A stretch of DNA of 64,000 bases, taken from the NCBI GenBank assembly GCA_964016885.1, contig OZ024741.1, forward strand, positions 180,730,001 to 180,794,000. The letters run 5' to 3'. The position numbers and the translations under genes were made by a program. The notes beneath the pieces were generated by a model that saw nothing but the letters and a program-made list of their open reading frames with translations, was not told the origin of the DNA and ran no database searches. The stretch comes from Eledone cirrhosa. Taxonomy: Eukaryota. Positions 52,690 through 64,000 of this stretch are shown here, piece after piece. How positions within the stretch are numbered: position 1 is the first letter of the stretch; the number at the start of each line of letters is the position of its first letter.

Positions 52690-53297
52690 ACCACACTACC
52701 ATTACTGCTACCATCATCACCATCACTATCATCACCATCACCATCATCATCATTGTCATCATCCTTATTGATATAATCAATACCATTATCGTCATCATCA
52801 TAAACACATTACCAACACTACTACCATCATTATCATCATCAAGACCATCACATCAATAATCATCACGCCATCATCATCATCATCATCATCATTGTCACCA
52901 CCACCATTATTATCATTATTATTTTCATCCCGCCGAGGTTGACTTTGCCTTTCATCCTTACGGGGTCGATAAAATAAAGTACCAGTAATGCACTGGGTAA
53001 TTGCTGGCCTTGTGCCTAAAGTAGAAACAATTATTATTCTCATCATCACCGCCATCATTATCATCATCATCATCATCAAAATTATGATCACCCTCACCAC
53101 CATCATCATCGTCCTCCCCATCATCATTACCACCATTATCTTCATCATCAGCATCGCTGCCATTATCATCAACATTTATGATCACCACCATCACCACTGT
53201 CATCATTGTCATCCCTAACATCATCACCACCACCATTATCATCATCATCATCATCATTATCATCATCATCATCACCATCATCTTCCTACTCCTCCCC

Positions 53298-53328
<31 letters not shown>

Positions 53329-53530
53329 CTATCATCACCATCATCATCATCACCATTATCATCATCACCACCACTATCATCATCACCACCACTATTCTCA
53401 TTATTTTCCCTCTCTTCCTCCTCCTCCTCCTCATTATCATCATCGTCATCGCCATCACCATCATCAACGTCATCATCACATCATAATCATCATCATCATT
53501 ATCATTGTTGTCATCCCCAATATAATATTG
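52690..53530. repeat. (CAT)n-rich low-complexity tract with a truncated SINE at 52928-53037
   Basis: Direct inspection. Confidence 0.9.
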
Positions 53531-53812
53531 ATTGTGATCCTGATTATGAACATCATTATTGATATTTTTTTTGCAATCTTAAAATTAATTAATTTCTCTC
53601 TTGGAGAATTTCATGCAGTCATTGTTAATTAAGACTTGTTGAAAATCCTTCTGTGGCAGTAATGAAAAATATCATTTAAATGTGTTGAGTCCATCTTCAC
53701 ATAACACTTTGGGCTTTCAATTTCTTTCTTCTGTTTAATCATTATTGAAGCCCTTTCAATTAAGTTAGTTATCCACTTAACAATGGGTACGCCCATGTGG
53801 GCATTTTATCAT

Positions 53813-55255
53813 TGCGGTGAATTGGCAGTATCGGTAGAGGCTTGGACGCCATGCTTTCTAGCATAGTTACGTCCCTTTATGGTTTAAGTTCAAATCCCGT
53901 TGAGGTTAACTTTGCCTTTCATCCTTACGGGGTCGATAAAATAAAGTACCGGTAATGTACTGGGCAATTGCTGGCCTTGTGCCTAAAGTAGAAACAATTA
54001 TTATTGGATTAGTTGGACACCATGCTTTGACGCATAGTGTTACGGCCCTTGCCATTCTGAGTTCAAATCCCGCCGAGGTTAACTTTGCCTTTCATCCTTA
54101 CGGGGTTGATAAAATAAAGTACCAGTAATGTACTGGAATAATTGATGGCCTTGTGCCAAAAATAGAAACAATTATTATTAGATTAGCAGTATCGGTAGAG
54201 CATCAAACAACATGCTTTGCAGCATAGAGTTACAGCCCTTTATGGTTTGAGTTCAAATCCTGCCAAGGTTAACTTTGCCTTTCATCCTTACGGGGTCGAT
54301 AAAATAAAGTAATGTACTGGAATAATTGATGGCCTTGTGCCAAAAATAGAAACAATTATTATTTATTAAAAAAGGGCAGGGGATTGGCAGTATCAGTAGA
54401 GCGTTGGACATCATGCTTCGTGGCATAGAGTTACGGCCCTTTACATTCTGATCTCAATTCCTGCCAAGGTTGGCTTAGACTGTCATCCTTACAGGGTTGA
54501 TAAAATAAAGTACTGGCAATGCACTGGGGTTGATTTAATCAACTTTCCCCTCCCCTAAGTTGTTGGCCTTGTGCCTAAATCAGAAACCATTATTATTTAT
54601 TATGAGAGTAACATAATAGTATCGGTAGAGCATTGGACACCATACCCTGAAACTTAGAGTTACGCCCCTTTACTTTCTGAGTTCAAATCCCGCTGAGGTT
54701 AGCTTTGCCTTTCATCCTTACGGGGTTGATAAAATAAAGCACCAATAATGAACTGAGATTGATTTAATCAACTTTCCCCTCTCCCAGAATTGTTGGCCTT
54801 GTGCCTAAATCAGAAACCATTATTTATTAAAAATTGGTGGATTGGCAGTATCGGTAGAGGGTCGGAAACCATGCTTTGCAGCAAAGAGTTACGGCCCTTT
54901 ATGGTCTGAGTTCAAATCCCGCCGAGGTTAACTTTGCCTTTCATCCTTACGGGGTCGATAAAATAAAGTACCAGTAATACACTGGAATAATTGCTGGCCT
55001 TGTGCCAAAAGTAGAAACAATTATTTATTAAAAAAAGGGTGGGGGATTGGCAGTATCAGTAGAGCATCGGGTTCATCTTTTGTGACATATAGTTATGGCC
55101 CTTTGCGTTCTGAGTTCAAATCTCGCCAAGGTTAGCTTAGCCTGTCATCCTTATGGGGTCAACAAAATAAAGTACCAGTAATAGACTGAGATTGATTTAA
55201 TCAACTTTCCCCTCTCCCAAAATTGTTGGCTTTGTGCTTAAATCAGAAACCAGTT
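53813..55255 (+). mobile_element. Head-to-tail array of seven tRNA-derived SINEs
   Basis: Copies start near 53813, 54005, 54180, 54374, 54610, 54835, 55037; mixed short- and long-tail subtypes. Confidence 0.92.
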
Positions 55256-56279
55256 TATTTATTAAAAAGTTGGTGGTTTGAGAGATTTATTTTATTCTTT
55301 TATGGAATGGTATTGTTTAATATAATAAAGTGGAAAAATCTGTATGCATATTATAAAGGTTATAGATGGCAAATTGGTAGAGTCATTAGAATGTTGGATA
55401 GAATACTTTGCAGTATTTGTACAGGCTCTCAATGCTTCGAGCTCAAAACCCATTGAAGTCAATTTTACCTTTCATCCTTTCAATGTTGATAAAAAAATAC
55501 CAGTTGAGTACTGGATCAATTCTTCCTCTATATCTTTTCCTCATCTCTTCTCTGTCACTCTCTTTCTTCTTTGGAAGAAATTTGCTGTGTTCATAACTGG
55601 AGAGAGATGGGCTCCACCATGTTTAAAAATACCAGGCTTTAAAGTCTCGCTATGACACCTTTACAACTCTATCAGGAGTTACAAGCCCCTATCAGGAGTT
55701 AAATACATTATAAAGGTTAAGACTTCTTTATAAGTTTCTCAGTAATACTTTGGGTTTGTATATTGAAAAAGTTTGGAGACCACTGCATTACTTGATTATT
55801 TTAAGGAATTTTCAGTATATTAGGCTCAACCTTCCATACAAAGGATACAAACAAACCCTGTAATAGAATTGCATTCTGTTCAGTTGGTTAAGTTAACTCT
55901 CCATTTATTGGCATCTTGAAAAATAGTAGGTAGCCTCTATGCAGTTGCTCGACCTGTAGCAATAGCAGCCAAATTCCCTCAAACCATATCCCCTCTATCA
56001 TCTTAAAAAAGGAATATACAAAAAAGACTGTATAATCAGGTCTGGAACACCTTCAGTCACAGGCTTACTCAACCAGGGCCAACATGGAGCTAAATAAGGT
56101 TTCAATAGGAAAAAAGAAAAAGAAATTTTCAACATATTTTAGTTCTTCACTGAGAAATAATACATTTGCTTCTTAAATTATGTGAATACACTACTAAACA
56201 TATATACAATTTCTATTGAGAACTCATTGTTGCAAGCTATAATTTTGTCATGTAATGTATTTAACACACAAATGTCAGC

Positions 56280-56675
56280 ACCCTGGCGCTACACAGTAAT
56301 AGAGAAGACCTGCCTTACCTAAATACAAAGTAAAACCTACTACAGTCAGTAGGCACCTCTAACAAAATACACCCCGTCCCACTACCCCCACCCCATCCAC
56401 ACCACCCCTTTCAATGTAAAGTTATGTTGGTACCACAACATCCAGACCGAAACAAATGAGGTCGTATAGGTGTCACAACAAAAAACACACAGTCCACGGT
56501 AAAAACCTCCTAGTTCCACACTGTAAATGTGGTTGGTGTTAGGAAGGGCATCCAGCCGTAGAAAACCCGCCAGACAGTCCTATGCGAGCAAGACAACCAC
56601 TCTTACCTCAAGTGGGAAAACTCCCGTCCAAACCGATGCAAGCGTGGAATATGGACGTTAAATGATGATGATGAT
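56280..56675 (+). mobile_element. 5'-truncated RTE 3' UTR copy with (GAT)n tail
   Basis: Matches 49112-49643 without the internal duplication. Confidence 0.88.
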
Positions 56676-56695
56676 ATATATATATATATATATAT

Positions 56696-56884
56696 AGGAA
56701 CCAGTAAGACCCCGACAGCTGAGCTCAAGCCGTTTCGACGGCTAATTCAGAGAATTAGCCGTCGAAACGGCTTGAGCTCAGCTGTCGGGGTCTTACTGGT
56801 TCCTATTACCCACTCTACTACCTCAAGTATTGAGTACTTTGGTGCGTTATGGTCCACCTGGTTCCTTACCACATTTCCTTCGTT
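56696..56884 (+). mobile_element. Fold-back hairpin element in (TA)n, copy 3
   Basis: 53-bp perfect arms 56696-56748/56752-56804; near identical to copy 1 apart from the loop. Confidence 0.8.
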
Positions 56885-56896
56885 ATATATATATAT

Positions 56897-57880
56897 ATAT
56901 AAGTATGTATACGTACATACATATATGTATACAGACGTACAGTAGTATGTATATATATACATACATGAACACATATATATATGTACGTATGGATTCACCG
57001 AACATTTATTATAATGCTCGGTGTGTTTGTACAGTGTTTAGCAACCATCATTGCTCTTTTGTTCAACACTGACAAAGGAACGATGTACTAGTTTCAAGCT
57101 TATTAGCTATTGTCAGCACCGTATACTTTCCTGCCAGATGATTGAACATCTGAAAGTATATACTTTCCTTATGTATATTAACGGCTGAGCAGCCTAATTT
57201 GCATATTGAGTGAGTTAATCGGCCGGGCGCACCAAAAACGATAAATGGAAAAAATGAAACAAAATTTCATTTCTCACTCTTACTACGGCTGTTACTTATA
57301 ATAAATGTTTGGTGAATCCATACGTACATATATATATATATGTGCATGTATGTATATATATACATACTACTGTACGTCTGTATACATACGTATACATACT
57401 TATATTTAAGCAACAGCCGTAGTAAGAGTGAGAAATGAAATTTCGTTTCATTTTTTTCCATTTATCGTTTTTTGTGCGCCCGGCCGATTAACTCACTCGA
57501 TATGCAAATTAGGCTGCTCAGCCGTTAATATGCATAAGGAAAGTATATACTTTCAGACGTTCAATCATCTGGCAGGAAGGTATACAGTGCTGACGATAGC
57601 TAATAAGCTTGAAACTAGTACATCATTCCTTTGTCAGTGTTGAACAATTGAGCAACGATGGTTGCTAGACACTGTACGGCTTAATCCGGGATGTTTGTTT
57701 ACAAACACACCGAGCATTATAATAAATGTTCGGTGAATCCATAAGTACATATATATATATGTGCATGCATGTATATATATACATACTACTGTACGTCTGT
57801 ATACATATATGTATGTACGTATACATATTTATATTTAAGTAACAGCTGTACTAAGAGTGAGAAATGAAATTTTTTCCGTT
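56897..57880 (+). mobile_element. Non-coding hammerhead-bearing 421-bp unit: one inverted copy plus about 1.4 tandem copies (Penelope-like / retrozyme-like)
   Basis: Inverted arms 56897-57298 and 57407-57833; direct repeat period 421 (ataaatgtt at 57301 and 57722); (TA)n flanks. Confidence 0.75.
57585..57625 (+). ncRNA. Minimal type-I hammerhead ribozyme
   Basis: cagtg-CTGACGA-tagct aata agctt-GAAA-c ta g-TA-catca; palindromic stem III actagt; second copy on minus strand at 57081-57121 (cggtg/catcg stem I, core mutated to CTGACAA). Confidence 0.7.
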
Positions 57881-60179
57881 TATATATATATATATATATA
57901 TAATATCATTGTGGACAGAAGATATTGTACAAAAGACACCAGTTTGAAAAATAAACAGACCTTATCAATTTTGACAATCAGTGTTCCACTTGTTCAGTCA
58001 ACTGAACAGCAACATTAGTATTAACTCTTTTGAGACAAGCCTTTGCAAAACTGCTCCTTGTTCTATAACACAAAACTACCCATTTTAAAAGGTTTCTATT
58101 TAAATTAAAACATTCCAAGAAGCTTATGTTACTCTCATAATAATCAAATAATTAATGGTTCTAGTAAATCCCTCAAAATCCTTCATTAATTAATTGGAAT
58201 ACAGTTTATTTCATTAGAAACATGGCTATTAAAGGGTCCAGTTAATATGTATGTGGCTGAATATTCTACAGGCACATGCACTCTTAACATAATCCCCAAG
58301 TCAAATCAGTGCAATTGTGTGTGGGTGAGGGGTGGGTGGTGGGGGTGGATTGGTGACAAGTCTGACTCCTAGAACTACAGGTACAATCCATACAACAAGC
58401 TTCCTTGCTGTTTCTGTCTACCTAATTTCATTCAGAAAGCTTGCGTCAACTAAAAGTATGTATGTATGTATGTATATAAAAACCAGCTATGGTAAAGGAC
58501 ATTTGTATATATATATAATGTGTAGTATAAGATAGCATTGAAACCAAACACTCTTAACACAACAGTGATTTATTAATCAAGCAAGCTATCAAGAATGTGG
58601 TATATAAGCAAATAGACTGATTTGCATATAAAATATCTAATAATTTAAAATTTAATAACAATAGTTAATAATCATAGTAATAAATTTATGACAACTGACA
58701 TATTTGTTTATGTGACTTTTGATTTGAATTAATTGTCCATGCTCCATTAGAATAACAACTAAATGGGGATCAGCTCCCTGCCCGTTTGCATCCAGCTCCA
58801 AAAAGTAATAGTGAATTCATTAGCAATGTTTACATATAGAGTTAAAGTGGCCACTAGGTTGTTGATGAAATCCCAATGCATGATAGAAATTAGTCTGGTT
58901 GAGCCCTCATTTTTTTTTGTTTTATTTTTCTGGTCCAAGCGGATACTGTGTATAAGGACAGGATGTTCTCAATGCTTATAAATAGTGTTGACTAAACATT
59001 TATTGATATATTTTGTTCGCTAAAAATCTATTGATATATTCTGCAGTACATTATAGTATTGAAACATAACACTGTTAATCCTTCCGCAATTTATTAATCC
59101 TTATATCTGTGTCGCTGTATTATCTATGTGTCTGTATCTCTATGTATCTGTATCTATCTGTATATCTATGTGTCTGTATCTCTATGTATCTGTATATATC
59201 TGTGTCTATATATCTGCCAGTCAATTTAACAATTATCCTACCTATTGCACATAGTTTAGACACTGTTTAAACAGAAGAAGCTTTGTTATGTTAAGAAATG
59301 GGTCTATCTATAATAGAAATCTTATGAGTGGAAAACATTTAGAAATGTTATCTGAATTGTTTAGACTAGATTCTTTGTCTGGAAAATAGCTGCTCTTAAT
59401 TTAAAACTAGGATGTTGATTAAAAAGTTAAAGGACAAGTTTGCTTTACTTGTTACAGCTGAAAATTATTTTTAGAAAATAATGAGAAAAATACAAAAAAG
59501 AACAGGAATGCTGATGTCATCATAATATACTTTAAAAGTAGTGAAGTTTCAGAAATATATTATATATTAGTTTCACATTTTTGTGCTATGAGTTCAAATC
59601 TTGCTTCAGTTGATGTGACCATTTACTCTTCCTAGGCAATTATGGCTGTTGTAACCAAATAGTTAACATTAGGAAGGGCATCCAGCTGTAAAAATCATGT
59701 CAACGTATCAGCAAGATGGTGTTTATTTGACCATGATAGTGTTTAGTCCCAAGTCAACCATGATCTAACAGATCCATGATCAAAGGTAGTCTAGACAAAA
59801 CCATCCACTGTGGTTTGTTACTCTCTGATATTATCCTTTTCTTTTCCAAAGTGGTATGATGTGTGTTTTGAGGGAGATTTAACTATTTGTGCTAGCCAGT
59901 CAAACAAGCATATAGAACAGTGCTTTCAAAACTTTCACTACCGACTCCTTTTATTTAAATGAATTTTTCCATAGCTCCATTGGCTCATGGATCCCCAATA
60001 TTCTCTGGACATCACTGTGTTATGGTATGAAATGATATGGGAGATATTTGACAGCTATTTCTGACTGAACATTAATAACCAACCATGGGTTATTTGTATA
60101 TTGGTTGTTTTAATTAAGCTTACTTCTTCACTTTATCATCTGAGAGAAATTCTATCAATTTGAATTTTATAAGTGTTTC

Positions 60180-60520
60180 TGTTGTTAAATGCAAGTTTTC
60201 TTCTGTTGTTAAATGCACACCTTCTGTTGTAGTTCAACATGTCTTCCTCAGTGGTTCAATATGCTTACTTTTGCAGTTCAATGCAGATTTTCTTCTGTAA
60301 TTAAATGCAGTCCTTTTTCTGTAGTCAAATGCAAGTTCCTCCATAATTAAATGCAAGGCCCTCTGTAGTTATATGCAGATCTTCTGTAGTTAAATGCAGG
60401 CCTTGTTCTATAGTTAAATGCAAGCCTTTTGTAGTTAAATGCAAGGCTTCTGTAGTTAAATATAGGCCTTTTATAGTTAAATACAGCCCTTCTGTTTTTA
60501 AATGAAAGATCTTCTGTAGT
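60180..60520. repeat. Degenerate ~21-bp minisatellite (tctgtagttaaatgcaggcct)
   Basis: Recurrent gttaaatgca; ORF 60325..60606 shows the 7-aa period GLHLTTE. Confidence 0.85.
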
Positions 60521-60913
60521 TCATTACAAGTCTGTCTTCCTACATTAGAAACCAATATATTCAAATCAAACAAACACCATTCCACCAAACCCCCTTCTAC
60601 TAGCAAACTTGAGAAATCTATCGAGGTCTAGAAAGGAAATAAAATTAAATTAAAAAGAAAACACCTCAGGTTTTGATTTCCTGTTTGCTAATAAGAATCT
60701 TACTTAAGATATCTGCAATGCAGGCTGCATATATATTTAGGTATACATCATCTTGTCACAGGTTGTTACTAAGAAATTGAATTGCTGCAGGACAAACTAG
60801 ATTGGTATTATTCAATAGCATTGCAAAAATGGAACTATGTGTATGTATTGCTGCTTTAAAGAATTCAGTCAAATGTGTTTTTACTCTATAATCGGCTTAT
60901 ATATATAAAAATG

Positions 60914-60944
<31 letters not shown>

Positions 60945-60959
60945 GTATGTGTGTGTATA

Positions 60960-61170
60960 TATGTGTGTGTGTGTGTGTATAAATGTATATATGTACGTGT
61001 ATATATAAATGTATGTGTGTGTGTGTGTATAAATGTATATATGTACGTGTATATATAAATGTATGTGTGTGTGTGTGTATAAATGTATATATGTACGTGT
61101 ATATATAAATGTATGTGTGTGTGTGTGTATAAATGTATATATGTACGTGTATATATAAATGTATATATAT
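60960..61170. repeat. 50-bp higher-order TA/TG repeat, 4 units
   Basis: atgtacgtgt at 60991, 61041, 61091, 61141. Confidence 0.9.
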
Positions 61171-61182
61171 GTATGTATATGG

Positions 61183-61219
<37 letters not shown>

Positions 61220-61499
61220 ATGATTTTTGTTTGTTGAATTTATTGGTTATCTCATTCTCGTATATGGCTGCCAAAGAGGATTATTTATGCGTATCTGACT
61301 GTAAATGCGTGTGTAAACACATTATACACACTGACACACATACAACCACATACACACATAATGTGTCTGTTTATGTATGTGTGTACATAGAATATATGGC
61401 ATGGTTCCTATGGCAGGAGGCCGATATTAATGCCAGTCACTTTTCATGGTGTACCAGGTGTATTTTATTGTAGCACCAGCACTAAAGAAGATGTTATTC

Positions 61500-61710
61500 A
61501 AGGGGGCTTCAAAAGGTTCATGGCAAAAGTACATAGCTAAAAATCATATTCAGGGATTTTGATCTCAATGCACCTGTACGTTCTTCTACTAACATGTCAT
61601 AACATGAGCCCTTAAATGTATGTTGCAACGCGGCATTGCCAGTCGAAAGTCAGCACCCGCTCGAGCAACACGGCCTCCATCAAATTCATGGTGAAGCTAG
61701 GGTGGAAGAA
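61500..61710 (+). mobile_element. Mariner-like 5' end fragment
   Basis: caagggggcttcaaaaggttcatgg TIR-like start; LEQHGL..IKFMVKLGW resembles a transposase N-terminus. Confidence 0.45.
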
Positions 61711-62123
61711 AAATACAGGATGGTCATAGCTGGAACACCTTTAATAGTTTTACTTGATCAGGGTTAACCTAGAGTGAAACAATGATAATAAATAACATCA
61801 ATACTGGAAAATAAACATTGAAGTCTACTACTCCAAACTTCATGAGTTAATGTGGTAGCCTTTACATGGTCGCTCGATCTGCTAGAAATAACAGTCAATT
61901 CCCTGTTAAATCACTCTGTTGGATTATTGTCCAGGATTCCCTGCTTATAGGAAATAGATGAGATGATCATAAGTTTGTTTGATCACCAAAAGCAATACCA
62001 TTTTTGTCCTATACTCTAATGACTCTGTCAATTCATTGTGAACATATTAGATAATGTAGTCCAGGGTACACTATACCTGGATGATCATAACTCCATTCCA
62101 TTTTGAAGCTTATTATTGATCAT

Positions 62124-62313
62124 CGGTGAATTGGCAGTATCGGTAGAGGGTCGGACGCCATGCTTTGACGCATAGATATACGGCCCTTGCCATTCTGAGT
62201 TCAAATTCCGCCGAGGTTAACTTTGCCTTTCATCCTTACGGGGGTCGATAAAATAAAGTACCAGTAATACACTGGAAAATTGTTGGCCTTGTGCCAAAAG
62301 TAGAAACGATTAT
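62124..62313 (+). mobile_element. tRNA-derived SINE with target-site duplication
   Basis: Near-consensus copy; ttattgatcat occurs at both ends. Confidence 0.9.
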
Positions 62314-62638
62314 TGATCATAGAAAGCTGGCCTGGGGCTAAATAATAATAAAGACAACACCAGTGTTAATGCTTACAGCTCCCTGTTCTCCATACAGATA
62401 ACTACAAGGAAATCAAAACATACATATACATGTCCCCCACTCACACACATATGCACACATACATATACACAGACACACACATACATGCACATATACTCAC
62501 ACACTTATACAAACATACATGCATATACATACACACTCATACACAGACAATCATGCACACATATACTCACAAACACACATGCACCCATACATATATACAC
62601 AAATACACAGACACACATACATATACACACTTGCACAC

Positions 62639-62677
<39 letters not shown>

Positions 62678-63292
62678 CAAAGCTTATCTTGGTTTCTATT
62701 TATTGCTTAAAAGATTTTAGCACTTGATGACACAACCATCTGGTCCTGTTCAAATCCAATCTATATCTTGCTCCACCATCCACCATCCACCTCTGCTCAT
62801 GCAATGGGCTCCCTTTCCTAACCAGGAGGAATGGAGAGACAGCTGTGTTATTATTCCCTGATCTGTTAGGTACATGAGTAACTGGGTGTTTACACAAAAG
62901 TTTACTGTCTTGTTAATCTAGATTAATTAGAGATGTTTGCAGACATAATGATTGTTTAGGGATAAACAAATAGTAAAGTAAATAATATATTTATCATTAG
63001 GTTTTATATTATAATTATGCTTCTGCCTGAGGTTGGCTGGTTAGTTTGTTGGTTATTATTATCTAAACACTCAATTCTAAAGGGTTCATAATAAACAGCT
63101 TCCAGAGACTGTTATACGCACACCTATATATCGATCAGTGTAAGTAAAATCTGAACACTGCTATAAAACTCACTGACTGATTGTGTCTACTCTTTAATGC
63201 AATGTGCAGCCAATCAACTGTACACTTGTTATTTCATTGAGTGTGTGAGCTATGGCCGCTGGTCAATAAAATAAATCCAGTGACTTCCGTAA

Positions 63293-63332
<40 letters not shown>

Positions 63333-63384
63333 ATAGTATTTTTTAGAGGGCTACAGCTATGCGATTAAGGCATTAAATCTTAAA

Positions 63385-63575
63385 ATAATTGTTTGAGCAC
63401 AAGGCCAGCAATTACCCCAGTGCATTACTGGTTCTTTATTTTATCAACCCCATAAGGATGAAAGAAAGGCAAAGCTAACCTCGGCGGCATTTGAACTCAG
63501 AACTTAAAAGGCCATAACTCTATGCTGCAAAGCATGGTATCTGACACTCTACCGATACTACCAAACTACCACCCT
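63385..63575 (-). mobile_element. tRNA-derived SINE
   Basis: Reverse complement of the 37477 family. Confidence 0.85.
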
Positions 63576-64000
63576 GATAACAAAGTTGTTGGAATGTTAC
63601 CTTGGAGGCTTTTAATTAATCCTTCATATTTCAGGATAAATTCCTTCATTAAAAGAAGAGTTAAGAAAACTAACTTTTGAGGAAGGAATTTTATCCCCAA
63701 ATTTTAAAGACTATGCACCTCCAAGGTAGCATTCCAACAACTTTGTTTTACTCATTTTAATATTTATTGTCCTAATTCCATTGCTGTAGCCTTCTAGAAA
63801 ACACTATTTTCTACATTTTCCAAAATGTTTCAAGCAAACTACAACCTCCTAATATATAAATATATACAATTGTTTGACAAGATCCCAGACCTCATTTGCT
63901 TAACAAGTAGGGCAGAGCTCATCAAATCAAACCGAGGACACAATGTTTCCATTGGTCTTTCTAATTGCTAATACTATCTATCAGTCGCAAATCCAGGCAG

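Noticed and set aside
58858-58893. ag|GTTGTTGATGAAATCCCAATG (VVDEIPM) resembles the expected next ACER3 exon (LLDELPMIY)
   Set aside because: No polypyrimidine tract, similarity ends after PM and an in-frame TAG follows within 12 codons; likely chance

Overview
AT-rich, repeat-saturated animal genomic DNA; the SINE, RTE and microsatellite content suggests an octopus or related coleoid cephalopod (inference). Almost the whole window is intronic. The only host gene I can support is an alkaline ceramidase 3 (ACER3) orthologue on the + strand, seen as two short exons (14578-14688 and 48307-48359) separated by a 33.6 kb intron; both are missed by the ORF track, and the neighbouring exons appear to lie outside the window. 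The introns hold many tRNA-derived SINEs (including a 7-copy head-to-tail array), RTE, R4/Dong-like and CRE-like non-LTR fragments, nested mariners, Helitrons, TTAA MITEs and microsatellites. The most unusual signal is a set of short non-coding elements embedded in (TA)n tracts. They carry complete or half type-I hammerhead ribozyme motifs and have fold-back (palindromic), inverted and partial-tandem structures, as in Penelope-like/retrozyme-like elements, and are concentrated at 47.5-57.9 kb. Boundaries of degraded repeats are approximate, and all family assignments come from motif recognition by eye, not database searches.
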